From an uncultured Clostridia bacterium (GTDB lineage Bacteria; Acidobacteriota; Aminicenantia; JBFLYD01; JBBIMS01): a stretch of DNA of 64,000 nt. The stretch is from the NCBI GenBank assembly GCA_964649495.1, contig CAZYPR010000007.1, positions 7,330 through 71,329 of the forward strand, written 5' to 3'. Shown here in pieces: positions 28,739 to 38,614 of the stretch. The notes beneath the pieces are model-generated. The model had not been told where the DNA came from. It did no database searches and was given only the letters and a program-made list of their open reading frames with translations. The first letter of the stretch is position 1, and each line of letters starts with the position of its first letter. The translations under genes and the position numbers were made by a program.

Positions 28739-29379
28739 TGGAAGAGCCATTTAAAAAAGGGGAACCCCCCGAGCTTCCTAAGGTTGAGGAAAAGGTTATT
28801 CTAAAACTTTTAAAATATAAGAAAAGTGATTTTTCCAAGATTCGTCCTGCGATTGAGGAAAGCTATGGAATCGCCAATTCTCTTTCAAAGCCAAAATATG
28901 TCTATAAAATATTTCGTGTAGAAGATATTCCTCATCATCCCGTTTTTGAAAGAGCAAGCCATGTGGCACTTGCTCTATGCACAATAGGGAATGGGCTTGA
29001 GACGGAAGCATCAAGGCTTACAAAGGAAGGAGAACTTCTGCGAGGTCTTATTTTGGACATTTTAGGTTCTGAAATGGTTGAGATGGTCGCAGACTACACA
29101 AATAGTCTAATATGTAGAGAAGCAATGGAAAATGGTTTAATTGCAGGGAAAAGGTTCAGCCCTGGTTATGGAATTTTTGAATTGGGATGGCAGAAGAACT
29201 TTTTTTCTCTTTTGCCCGCAGACACAATAGGAATTGAACTCCTTCCATCAATGATGATGTTTCCAAGAAAATCCATATCCTTTGCAGTAAATATTTTTAA
29301 AGGGAAAAAGGGAGAAAGTAGCTCCCTGGTTTGCAGATTTTGCGATAAAATTGATTGCAAGGAGAGGAAAGAAAAATGA
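28738..29379 (+). CDS. Stand-alone MetH-type AdoMet-dependent reactivation domain
   Basis: ATG overlaps upstream TAA (TAATG); CTIG..LE, ILDILGSEMVE, RFSPGYG, MMFPRKSIS, C-terminal CxxCxxxxC. Confidence 0.85.
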   Translation: MEEPFKKGEPPELPKVEEKVILKLLKYKKSDFSKIRPAIEESYGIANSLSKPKYVYKIFRVEDIPHHPVFERASHVALALCTIGNGLETEASRLTKEGELLRGLILDILGSEMVEMVADYTNSLICREAMENGLIAGKRFSPGYGIFELGWQKNFFSLLPADTIGIELLPSMMMFPRKSISFAVNIFKGKKGESSSLVCRFCDKIDCKERKEK

Positions 29380-29541
29380 GAAAGTGGGGATTTTTATTTT
29401 TGATTATTGTCTTTGTTCTTTCTTTTTTGTTTTATTAACTCAATAATCTTAAATTGTTTTCCCATTTTATTTTGCTTTCTTACTCTTCATAAATTGCCAT
29501 AAATTCTTTAAAATTATAAAATTGATTTTCAGGAGGTAATT

Positions 29542-30339
29542 ATGGATTGGGGAATGAAAAATAGAATGGCAAGAATTTTTAAACCTGAAACTGGTAGAAC
29601 AGTTATGCTTGCAGTTGATCATGGATATTTTCTCGGTCCCGTCTCAAAACTTGAGAATCCAAGAAAAACAATAGAGCCTCTGATCCCATATACAGATGCA
29701 ATTATGCTTACAAGAGGAATACTTAGAAATTGTGTTAATCCCGAGTTTAATATCCCTGTTGTTTTGAGAGTTTCGGGAGGGAACAGTATAGTGGGCGAAG
29801 AACTCTCCAATGAGGAAATTGTAACATCTGTGAGAGAAGCTGTTAGATTGAATGTTTGTGCAGTTGCCTTTTCTATTTATGTGGGTGCAAAATTTGAGCA
29901 TCAGACTCTTGTCTCTCTTTCAAAATTGATTGATGAGTGCGAAGATTATGGAATTCCTGTTCTTGCGGTTACAGCGGTTGGAAAGGAGCTTGAGAAAAGG
30001 GATGCAAGATACCTCTCTCTTGCATGTAGAATTGCCAGTGAGCTTGGAGCAAGATTCATAAAAACATACTATTGTGAGGATTTTGAGAAAGTTGCTGAGT
30101 CCAGTCCTGTTCCTCTTGTAATTGCTGGAGGTCCAAAGATGGATTCAGAAGAAGAAGTTTTTAACATCGCCTACTCCGCAATGTCTAAGGGTGCAAAAGG
30201 AGTTGATTTTGGAAGGAATATATGGCAGTCCGCCCATCCAGTTGCAATGATAAATGCAATAAGGGCAATTGTTCATGAAGGAGCGGATGTTAAAGGAGCT
30301 CTTGAAATATTTAAAAAAATCAAGGAAAGATCAGTTTAA
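29542..30339 (+). CDS. lsrF: LsrF-like class I aldolase/thiolase
   Basis: MDWGMKNRMARIF..TGRTVMLAVDHGYF.GP, LAVTAVGKEL, RIASELGA..IKTYY, VIAGGPK, GRNIWQS. Confidence 0.85.
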   Translation: MDWGMKNRMARIFKPETGRTVMLAVDHGYFLGPVSKLENPRKTIEPLIPYTDAIMLTRGILRNCVNPEFNIPVVLRVSGGNSIVGEELSNEEIVTSVREAVRLNVCAVAFSIYVGAKFEHQTLVSLSKLIDECEDYGIPVLAVTAVGKELEKRDARYLSLACRIASELGARFIKTYYCEDFEKVAESSPVPLVIAGGPKMDSEEEVFNIAYSAMSKGAKGVDFGRNIWQSAHPVAMINAIRAIVHEGADVKGALEIFKKIKERSV

Positions 30340-30345
30340 AAAAGA

Positions 30346-31536
30346 ATGATAAGGAAATCCTTTCTCTTGAGATTGTTTGATGCTGCAAATATGCAGAGAT
30401 GGAATGATAAAATCCGTCCTGTTGAGATGAGGGAGCTTGACAAACAAGCCCATAAGATGATCTTCGCTTATGTCCTTGGGAAAATGAATCAAGAAGAGAA
30501 GGGATTTGACTGGATAAAAATAATTGAGGGTGGTATATTTGAATTTCTTCAGAGACTGGTTGTAACTGATATAAAACCCCAGATTTTCCACAAAATTAAG
30601 GGTGATCCTGAAAAACTAAAACAGCTGAATGAATGGGTTTATAGACAGCTGAAGCCAGTTATTTCTCCAATAGGAAACAATTTTCCAGAAAGATTTAAGG
30701 AATATTTTTCATCGGTTGAGGAAGACATAAACAAGAAAATTCTTGGAGCGTCCCATTCTCTCTCTACAAAATGGGAGTTCGGAATTATAGAGTGGGCAAA
30801 TCCAGGAGGATATGAGATTGAAAGTATAAAAAGGGAGCTTGAGGAAAGGAGTGAGAAATATAAAAATTTGAGGGGGTTCAATTCAGTTTTAAGTTCTTCA
30901 TCCAATTTAAAAAATTTCATTGACATATGTGGTCAGCTTAGATTTCAGGTTAGATGGAGTCATCTTCCAATGATTCCAAGAACCTCTGTCCTTGGGCACA
31001 CCCTTATTGTTGCCATACTTTCCTATCTTTTTTCCCTTGAACTAAAAGCTTGCAAGCGTCGCCTTGTGAACAATTTCTTTACAGGTCTTTTCCATGACCT
31101 TCCAGAAGTTTTGACAAGGGATATTATCTCACCGGTAAAAAAATCTATAGTGGGTCTTGAGGAGATTTTGAAGGAGTATGAGAGAAAGGAGATGAGAGAG
31201 AAGATATATAATCTCATTCCTGAAGATTGGCACGAGGAAATGAGAATTTATGCGGAGGATGAGTTCTCAACTGTTGTGAAAATTAATGGAGAGATAGTTA
31301 AGACAACATCAAAGGAGATACAGGAAAAATACAATAAAGACGAGTTCAATCCAAAGGATGGAGAACTTGTAAAGGCAATGGATGATCTTTCAGCATTTGT
31401 TGAGGCATTTCTGGCAAAGAGGAATGGGGTTGTTAATGAAAAGCTCGATGAGGCAATAGTTTCTCTCAAAAAAGAGTATAAAGATAAATACATTGGAGAT
31501 ATAAGTCTTGGCGAAATCTATGCTGATTTTGATTAA
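30346..31536 (+). CDS. Tandem HD-domain protein (YfbR/5'-nucleotidase-like)
   Basis: MQRWND..RP..ELDKQAHK, LRFQVRWSH, TSVLGHT, LFHDLPEVLTRDIISPVK, DDLSAFVEA. Confidence 0.8.
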   Translation: MIRKSFLLRLFDAANMQRWNDKIRPVEMRELDKQAHKMIFAYVLGKMNQEEKGFDWIKIIEGGIFEFLQRLVVTDIKPQIFHKIKGDPEKLKQLNEWVYRQLKPVISPIGNNFPERFKEYFSSVEEDINKKILGASHSLSTKWEFGIIEWANPGGYEIESIKRELEERSEKYKNLRGFNSVLSSSSNLKNFIDICGQLRFQVRWSHLPMIPRTSVLGHTLIVAILSYLFSLELKACKRRLVNNFFTGLFHDLPEVLTRDIISPVKKSIVGLEEILKEYERKEMREKIYNLIPEDWHEEMRIYAEDEFSTVVKINGEIVKTTSKEIQEKYNKDEFNPKDGELVKAMDDLSAFVEAFLAKRNGVVNEKLDEAIVSLKKEYKDKYIGDISLGEIYADFD

Positions 31537-31539
31537 AAA

Positions 31540-32589
31540 ATGAAAGTAGCATTATATTACAGTAATTCGGACCTTAGAATTTCTGAGATTCCATATCCTG
31601 AGATTTCGGATAGGGAAGTTGTTGTAAAGATTGAAGCTTGTGGTATTTGTGGTTCGGATCTGATGGAATGGTATAGGAAAGATAGGATACCTCTTGTTCT
31701 TGGACACGAAATAGCAGGAATCGTCCATAAGGTTGGAAGGGAAGTTGAGGATTTTAAAGAAGGGGATAGAGTGGTTGTTGCCCACCATGTTCCATGTGGT
31801 AAATGTCATTATTGCATAAAAGGGAATGAGACTGTTTGTGAAACATTGAGAAAAACAAACATTTATCCTGGTGGGTTTTCTCAGTTCGCAAGAATTCCAG
31901 AAATAAATGTGAAGAAGGGATTGTTTAAAATTCCCGAAGAGGTTTCTTTTGAGTCAGCTACATTTGCTGAGCCATTAGGGTGTGTTTTGAGAGCCCAAAG
32001 AAAGCTCGGGATAATGCCTGGAAATAGTGTAGTTGTAATTGGAAGTGGAATATCAGGAATACTCCACATCCAGATGGCAAAACTTTTCGGTGCGGGTCCT
32101 ATAATTGCATCAGATATAAATGAAAGGAGAATGGAGCAAGCTTTAAAATTCGGAGCGGATCAAGTTTTTTATCCCCATGAACTTGAAAAGGGAGTTAGAT
32201 CGACTTTAAAAAATGAACTCGCAGATGTTGTAATTCTTTGTGCATCTTCGATCTCAGCTATTGAGCTTTCTTTTAAAATAATAAATAGGGCGGGAAAAAT
32301 CCTTTTCTTTGCTCCTTCAGAGCCAGAAGCGAAAATATCCATTTCAATAAATGAAGTTTTCTGGAGGAATGACACACTCCTTACAACATCCTATGCAGCG
32401 TCTCCTTCTGACTATTTCATTGCACTGAGATTGATACATCTTGAAAAAGTCAATGTGAAAGATATGATCACCCATGTTTTAGGAATAGATGAGATTCAGA
32501 GGGGATTTGACCTCATGAGTAAACCAGAAGGTTCTCTAAAAGTAATTATAAAACCAAATGAAGGGATAAACACTCAAGCGAAATATTAA
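31540..32589 (+). CDS. Zn-dependent medium-chain dehydrogenase (sugar-alcohol dehydrogenase-like)
   Basis: CGICGSD, GHE, CGKCHYC..C, EPLGC, GSGISG. Confidence 0.9.
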   Translation: MKVALYYSNSDLRISEIPYPEISDREVVVKIEACGICGSDLMEWYRKDRIPLVLGHEIAGIVHKVGREVEDFKEGDRVVVAHHVPCGKCHYCIKGNETVCETLRKTNIYPGGFSQFARIPEINVKKGLFKIPEEVSFESATFAEPLGCVLRAQRKLGIMPGNSVVVIGSGISGILHIQMAKLFGAGPIIASDINERRMEQALKFGADQVFYPHELEKGVRSTLKNELADVVILCASSISAIELSFKIINRAGKILFFAPSEPEAKISISINEVFWRNDTLLTTSYAASPSDYFIALRLIHLEKVNVKDMITHVLGIDEIQRGFDLMSKPEGSLKVIIKPNEGINTQAKY

Positions 32590-32676
32590 AACACCAGAAT
32601 AATAACTTGACTTAACTTTCATATCATTATATAAATTTCAAGTGCTAAAAAATGGAATTTTTTAAAGGAGGGAATT

Positions 32677-35600
32677 GTGTTTAATTTGAAAAGATTTTTA
32701 ATTTTTGTTTTGTTCTTTCAGTTTATTTATCATTCCCTTCATTCTGAAGAGCTTGAAGTTACTGTTGTTCCAAAGGGAGTTATAGAAAGATTGGACATTG
32801 TAAGCGAGATTTCCATTACCTTTAGTAAGCCAATGGTTCCAATTGGAGAAATAAAAAAAGAGTTTTTGCCTGATTTTGTGACAATCAATCCACCTGTAAA
32901 AGGGAAGTTCTATTGGGCGGGAGATAGAATATTAATTTTCCATCCTGAAGAAAGATTACCATACTCAACATTGTTCGAAATAAAGATAAAAAAAGGAATA
33001 AAGAGTGTCACAGGTGAGGTTTTAAATAAAGAATTTGTCTCAACTTTTGAAACGCCAACTCCCACTGTCGTCCGAACCATTCCATATCAGGGTTCAACCA
33101 TTGGTAGGAAAGAGGATATTCTTATTTTTTTTAACCAACCTGTTTCCCTTGAAGAGGTCCGTTCAAAAGTAAAGTTAAATATATATCCCTCCTTTTACAC
33201 TGTTCCAGAAGGTTTCCAAACACATTCAACCGAGGCAATGGGAAAATTGAGGAGTGTTAGAGAGATTTTGTCTTCCAAGAAAACAATCTCCTTAGATGTG
33301 GAGGCTGAATATGATCCTGGTTCAGTAAATAAGGTTCGTTTAAAACCTGTTTTGCCCATACCTTTAAATTCCCTCATAAAAATTTTAATACCAAAAGGTT
33401 TCAGAGGTAAGGAAGGTAATTTAGGCTCAAAAAAGGATTATGAGATAAGCTTCCAGACACCCAAGACCCTACTCTACGGTGGGATTTCTTGCTTTGATTG
33501 TAATCCCTATTCAACTGTTTCCATAATATTTTCTAATCCAATTTTCCCTGAGGAAGCAAAAAAGGGAATAAAAGTCTTTGACTTAACAGAAAATAAGGAA
33601 GTTGAGGTAAAGAAAGAGGGTTATGAATATTGGAGGGGATATAGCAGTAACAATGTTTATATTTCTGATTTGTTTAATTTAAAAGCGGGTCATTCTTACA
33701 AGTTGGAAGTTCAAAGGAATCTAAAGGATGCATATGGACTAAACTTGAATTACCTTGTGTCAGAATATTTTTCCTTAAAGAGCTACCCCTATTCAATTGA
33801 ACTCATTAACAGATGGGGAGTTATAGAGTCCAAAGGTCCAAAATATCTATCTCTGAGGGTTGTAAATGTAGATTCAGTTTTAAGGGAGATAAAGGAGATT
33901 GATGATAATGAAATAGGAAAATTCCTTTCTTATCTTAACACTCGAAAAGGAATAATTTTGAAGCCCACCTCTCCTGAGGTAAGGTTTAAAACGGAAAAGG
34001 ACAGGTTCACAATCGTTAACATGGATGTTGGTAAAATATTGGGGAAGGAATCAGCGATTATATACACAGAGATCTCTGCTAAGGATGTAAAGCAGGGAAC
34101 CGATTATGAAAGAGAGCCGAGTTTTGTAAATGGTATTCTCCAGATAACAGATATAGGTATCTCCCTCAAATATTCACCTCAAAACATTCTAATCTATACA
34201 ACATTTCTTTCCAGTGGAGAACCTATTTCCAACTGTGAGATAAAAGTATTGAATATGAAGGGAGAACTTCTCTGGAAAGGAGAGACTGACGAAAATGGAA
34301 TCTGTCTTGGACCTGGGACAGAAGATCTGGGAATAAAGGATGATTGGGAAACGAATTTTATTGTTGTGGCAAAGAAAGATAATGATAGAGCATTTGTCAC
34401 AGAGGAGTGGAGTGATGGAATTGAAGGGTGGCAGTTTAATTTAAGAACAGATTGGGAGCCAAGCAAGAGAAGGGTTATGGGATATTTATTTACAGACAGG
34501 GGGGCTTATCGACCTGGGGAGGATGTTTATTTAAAGGGAATATTCCGTGTTGATGAACTGAAAAACTTAACAATTCCAGAGGGAAAAGAGATAGAATTTA
34601 AGATTTACGATTCAAGAAACAAAGAATTTCTAACAAAGAAGGTTTTCCTAAACAACTATGGTTCAACCTCTTTTTCATTTAAAATCCCTGAAGATTCTCC
34701 TACTGGATATTATAGAATCGAGGCGAAAGCCCCAAAAGAGCTAAAAATAGAGGATAGGGATAGATTGTTCTCCTATTCAATTCTTATATCTGAGTTCAGG
34801 AAGCCTGACTTTAGAGTGGATGTCTCTGTCAAAAAGAAGGATTATCTTCCTGATGAAAAAATAGAGGGTTTAATAAAAGGAACCTACCTCTACGGTGCAC
34901 CCATGAAGGATTGCAAGGTTAAATGGACTCTGAGAAAGTCTCCAACATCATTCTCTCCTCCTTTAAAAGGAGAACTCTCTTCAAAGTATTATGTTTTTGA
35001 AGATTGGACAGAGGAGGAAGATGAGTATTATGGAAGTGAGGTTGTAGCAAGTGGAGAAGGGGTTTTATCAAAAGATGGAGAATATATTGTTGAAGAAAAG
35101 CTTTCGCACAGCAAAAAACCGATGGGTTATCTTCTTGAGGGAGAGGTTACAGATATAACAGAGCAAGCTATATCCAATAGAGTATCCTTTCTCCTTCACC
35201 CTTCTGACTATTATGTAGGGATTGAGTATAAATCATATTTTGTGGATAAAGGGAAGACCTTAAAGACAACAGTTGTTGCCCTTGATAAGGATGGAAATTT
35301 TGTAAAGGGAAGACCGATAAAATTAGAGCTCATAAAAAGAGAATGGCACTCTGTTCAGGAGAAGGAAGAAGGAACATATTACAGATACAGAAGTGAGCCT
35401 GTTGATACAACAGTGAAAACTTTGGACCTGACAAGTTCCGACATTCCATTGGAGGTAGAATTTGTCCTTGATAGTGTGGGATATTATATTTTGAAAGCAT
35501 CCTCAAAAGATGGCAAAGGTCATATCCAAACTTCAGGATTCGGATTTTACTGCATAGGTGAAGGGTTTACAGCATGGGAAAGATATGACCACAACAGAAT

Positions 35601-38298
35601 TGATATTGTCCCTGAGAAAAAAGAGTTAAAGCCGGGAGAGGTCGCAAGAATTCTTGTTAAATCTCCATGGCAAGAAGCAAGAGGGATTTTGACAGTTGAA
35701 AGGAGTGGAATTATAGAGTATTTTCCAGTATTCCTTAAAGGCTCTAATCAGGTATTAGAGATTCCAATAAAAAAAGAGTATATACCCACAATTTATGTTT
35801 CGGTTCTCCTTGTTAAAGGAAGAACCTCTGAGAAACTGGAAGAGGGGGTTGATGTTGGGAAACCATCTTTCAGGCTGGGATACTCAAAGATAGATGTTTT
35901 ACCTGATGAGATTTATTTAAAACTGGAAATAAATACTGAAAAGGAGGAATTTAGACCGAGAGAAAGAGTAAAGGTAAATATTAAGGTGAGGGATTTTGAA
36001 GGTAGAGGGAGAAAGGCGGAGGTCACCCTTTATGCTGTTGATTATGGGGTGCTATCCCTCACTGGATACAAGCTCCCAGACCCGATTTTGTATTTTTACA
36101 AAGATAGATTTTTGGGAGTAAGGAACTCAGAGCTCAGGAATGTTCTCATAAGCAGAGAATATTTAAAAGGAAAACTTGCAGAGTCAGCTGGAGGGGGAGG
36201 AGTTGAGGAATCTTTATTCCAGATAAGAACTGATTTCAGAATAACCCCATTCTGGAAAGGGGAGGTAATTACCGATGAGAATGGATTTGCAGAAGAGTCC
36301 TTTGAATTGCCCGATTCCCTTACCTCCTTTGTTATAATGGCTGTAGCTCAGACCCTTGACTCCCGGTTCGGCTCCACCAAAAGGGAGATAAGGGTTTCAA
36401 AACCATTGATGCTATTTCCGTCCCTTCCAAGATTCCTGATCACAGGAGACAAATTCGAAGGAGGTATAAGGGTTCAGAATAATACAAAGGAGAAGGGAGA
36501 ATTATCTATAAAGGTCAGAGCCCTTTCATCAAATTTGAAGATTTTAAAAGATGAGGAAAAGATAACTTTATCTCCTGAAGGCTCTCATCTCTTTAGATTT
36601 CCAATGGAAGCTTTATCCCATGGTCTCTCCAGGCTTCAATTCTTTGCTACATTTAAGAGCCCTTCAAAAGAAGAAAGAGATGCTGTGGAAGTGAAAATCC
36701 CTGTAAAGATTCCAAAACTAAGAGTAGATTCTGCAAGTTATGGTAGCACAGATGGGAAAGAAACCATAAATATTTCAGTTCCCGAGAATATTTATACTGA
36801 TGCGGGAGGTCTCAGGATATCCCTCTCTTCATCTGCCCTTTCTGGTTTAGAAAAAAGTGCGGAATTCCTTCTTGAATACCCTTATGGTTGTACTGAACAA
36901 CTTTCTTCAATGCTTACTCCCTTTATTGCCCTCCAAAATCTTTCGGGAGCATTCAAATTCAAAAATATTGATAAAAAAGAGATGGAAAGGATCGTTTGTG
37001 AAACCCTTTTAAAAATTTATAAGAATCAGAGGGAAGATGGTGGATTCGGTTTCTGGAGCGATTCTCCAACATCATACCCTTATGTCTCTTCCTATGTTCT
37101 TTTCATTTTCAAAATGGCTGAAGAAAGGGGATTTCAGATTGACAAAAGTGTAAAAGAAAAACTTATCGAGTATCTAAAAAATGTTCTCAAAGGAAAGATA
37201 AGAACTGACCTGATAACAAAAACCTTTGCCCTTTATACCCTTTCCCTTTATGGAAGCCATGATGAAAGCTACCAAACCCTTATATATGAAAAAAGGGATT
37301 CTCTTCCATTATTCTCAAAGGCTTTTCTACTCTCTTCAATTTCAAGGACAAAGAAAAGCTCTACCATGAAGAGCACTCTTTTGAATGAGATTATGAACAG
37401 GGTGAGAGTTGAACCTGCGGAAGCTCACTTTGAAGAGGGGAGATTCGAAGGCTCAGGAATTTATATGCACTCAAACCTGCGAACAAACGCCATAATTCTT
37501 CTTTCCCTTCTTGATGCTGATCCCAGCTCTCCAATTATTGAGAAACTTGTATCATACATTCTTGGAAAAAGAGAAAATGGTGCATGGATGAACACCCAAG
37601 AGAATTCTTATGCGCTTCTGAGTCTTAGTGAGTATTTCCTGAAAAAGGAAAGCAAAGAGATCAATTTTAATTTCAACGGAAAAATCGATGGAAAAAAACT
37701 TCCCACAATAAAATTTGCTGAAATCAAGAAAGAAGTTATAAATATTGCCATGGAAGAAATTTTAAGTCTTGGCAGGGCTCTAACTCTCACTTTTGAGAAA
37801 TCAGGTAAAGGGAAATTATACTGGATTTCTAATTTATCGTTCTATCCAAATGGTATAGATTTTCCAGAGTTTAATCAGGGATTTTCTATTCAAAGAATTT
37901 ATGAAGATTTAAATACAGGTGAGAAAAAAACAACTTTTAAGCTTGGAGATTTAATCAGGGTTAGAATAAAAATAAATGTTAGTGCAGAGAGAAACTATGT
38001 GGCAGTAGTTGATCCGATACCTGCGGGAGCAGAAATAGAGGACTCATATCTAAAAACGACAAGCCTTGAAAATCAGAGAAAATTGGGAAAAATTTCATGG
38101 TATTTTAATCATGTGGAGAAATACGATGACAGGATGCAAGTTTTTGCAGATGTCCTTCCTCAGGGAGAACACGAGTTTTCATATATTATAAGACTAACAA
38201 CAAAGGGAACATTCCTTGTTCCTTCAGCAAAAGCTGAAGAAATGTATAATCCTGAAGTATTCGGAACAACAAAGGGAGAGATTGTAAGAGTTGAGTAG
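32677..38298 (+). CDS. Bacterial alpha-2-macroglobulin with N-terminal Ig-like (Big_5) domains
   Basis: FTDRGAYRPGE, EFRKPDF, AVDYGVL, RTDF..TPFW, LPDSLT, thioester YPYGCTEQ, QREDGGF, PAG.E, AEEMY.PEVFG. Confidence 0.93.
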   Translation: MFNLKRFLIFVLFFQFIYHSLHSEELEVTVVPKGVIERLDIVSEISITFSKPMVPIGEIKKEFLPDFVTINPPVKGKFYWAGDRILIFHPEERLPYSTLFEIKIKKGIKSVTGEVLNKEFVSTFETPTPTVVRTIPYQGSTIGRKEDILIFFNQPVSLEEVRSKVKLNIYPSFYTVPEGFQTHSTEAMGKLRSVREILSSKKTISLDVEAEYDPGSVNKVRLKPVLPIPLNSLIKILIPKGFRGKEGNLGSKKDYEISFQTPKTLLYGGISCFDCNPYSTVSIIFSNPIFPEEAKKGIKVFDLTENKEVEVKKEGYEYWRGYSSNNVYISDLFNLKAGHSYKLEVQRNLKDAYGLNLNYLVSEYFSLKSYPYSIELINRWGVIESKGPKYLSLRVVNVDSVLREIKEIDDNEIGKFLSYLNTRKGIILKPTSPEVRFKTEKDRFTIVNMDVGKILGKESAIIYTEISAKDVKQGTDYEREPSFVNGILQITDIGISLKYSPQNILIYTTFLSSGEPISNCEIKVLNMKGELLWKGETDENGICLGPGTEDLGIKDDWETNFIVVAKKDNDRAFVTEEWSDGIEGWQFNLRTDWEPSKRRVMGYLFTDRGAYRPGEDVYLKGIFRVDELKNLTIPEGKEIEFKIYDSRNKEFLTKKVFLNNYGSTSFSFKIPEDSPTGYYRIEAKAPKELKIEDRDRLFSYSILISEFRKPDFRVDVSVKKKDYLPDEKIEGLIKGTYLYGAPMKDCKVKWTLRKSPTSFSPPLKGELSSKYYVFEDWTEEEDEYYGSEVVASGEGVLSKDGEYIVEEKLSHSKKPMGYLLEGEVTDITEQAISNRVSFLLHPSDYYVGIEYKSYFVDKGKTLKTTVVALDKDGNFVKGRPIKLELIKREWHSVQEKEEGTYYRYRSEPVDTTVKTLDLTSSDIPLEVEFVLDSVGYYILKASSKDGKGHIQTSGFGFYCIGEGFTAWERYDHNRIDIVPEKKELKPGEVARILVKSPWQEARGILTVERSGIIEYFPVFLKGSNQVLEIPIKKEYIPTIYVSVLLVKGRTSEKLEEGVDVGKPSFRLGYSKIDVLPDEIYLKLEINTEKEEFRPRERVKVNIKVRDFEGRGRKAEVTLYAVDYGVLSLTGYKLPDPILYFYKDRFLGVRNSELRNVLISREYLKGKLAESAGGGGVEESLFQIRTDFRITPFWKGEVITDENGFAEESFELPDSLTSFVIMAVAQTLDSRFGSTKREIRVSKPLMLFPSLPRFLITGDKFEGGIRVQNNTKEKGELSIKVRALSSNLKILKDEEKITLSPEGSHLFRFPMEALSHGLSRLQFFATFKSPSKEERDAVEVKIPVKIPKLRVDSASYGSTDGKETINISVPENIYTDAGGLRISLSSSALSGLEKSAEFLLEYPYGCTEQLSSMLTPFIALQNLSGAFKFKNIDKKEMERIVCETLLKIYKNQREDGGFGFWSDSPTSYPYVSSYVLFIFKMAEERGFQIDKSVKEKLIEYLKNVLKGKIRTDLITKTFALYTLSLYGSHDESYQTLIYEKRDSLPLFSKAFLLSSISRTKKSSTMKSTLLNEIMNRVRVEPAEAHFEEGRFEGSGIYMHSNLRTNAIILLSLLDADPSSPIIEKLVSYILGKRENGAWMNTQENSYALLSLSEYFLKKESKEINFNFNGKIDGKKLPTIKFAEIKKEVINIAMEEILSLGRALTLTFEKSGKGKLYWISNLSFYPNGIDFPEFNQGFSIQRIYEDLNTGEKKTTFKLGDLIRVRIKINVSAERNYVAVVDPIPAGAEIEDSYLKTTSLENQRKLGKISWYFNHVEKYDDRMQVFADVLPQGEHEFSYIIRLTTKGTFLVPSAKAEEMYNPEVFGTTKGEIVRVE

Positions 38299-38332
38299 AA
38301 TTTCAACGGAAAGTGATTGTTTTTCGAATTAA

Positions 38333-38557
38333 CTTTTTAAAGGCCTGGGAAAGTTCGAAATAGAAATTATCAAACTTTATAATCCTGAGATTCTGACGGT
38401 CGAGAAGGTTAAAGGGGTGGAGAGAATATTCGATATAGCTCAATCCTCTATTGCAGGGACATTCCCCTTCCCAGAGGAAATCCTTAGAATAAAGATCAGA
38501 AGACTTGCCTTCTTCGAGGAGGAGAGAAGAAAGATTGAAGAGATTGTGGAGTTATAA
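38333..38557 (+). pseudogene. Start-less 74-codon open frame, probable gene remnant of unknown family
   Basis: Purine-rich, protein-like frame LFKGLGKFEIEIIKLYNPE...RRKIEEIVEL* without an in-frame start or SD; family not recognised. Confidence 0.3.
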
Positions 38558-38614
38558 TTTATATATCCTCTAAAAAATTCAAAAAGTTTCAAATTTTAAA
38601 AATTTTTCTTTCAA

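Noticed and set aside
29376-29438. 20-aa hydrophobic ORF overlapping the reactivation-domain stop
   Set aside because: Too short to separate from chance in T-rich DNA.
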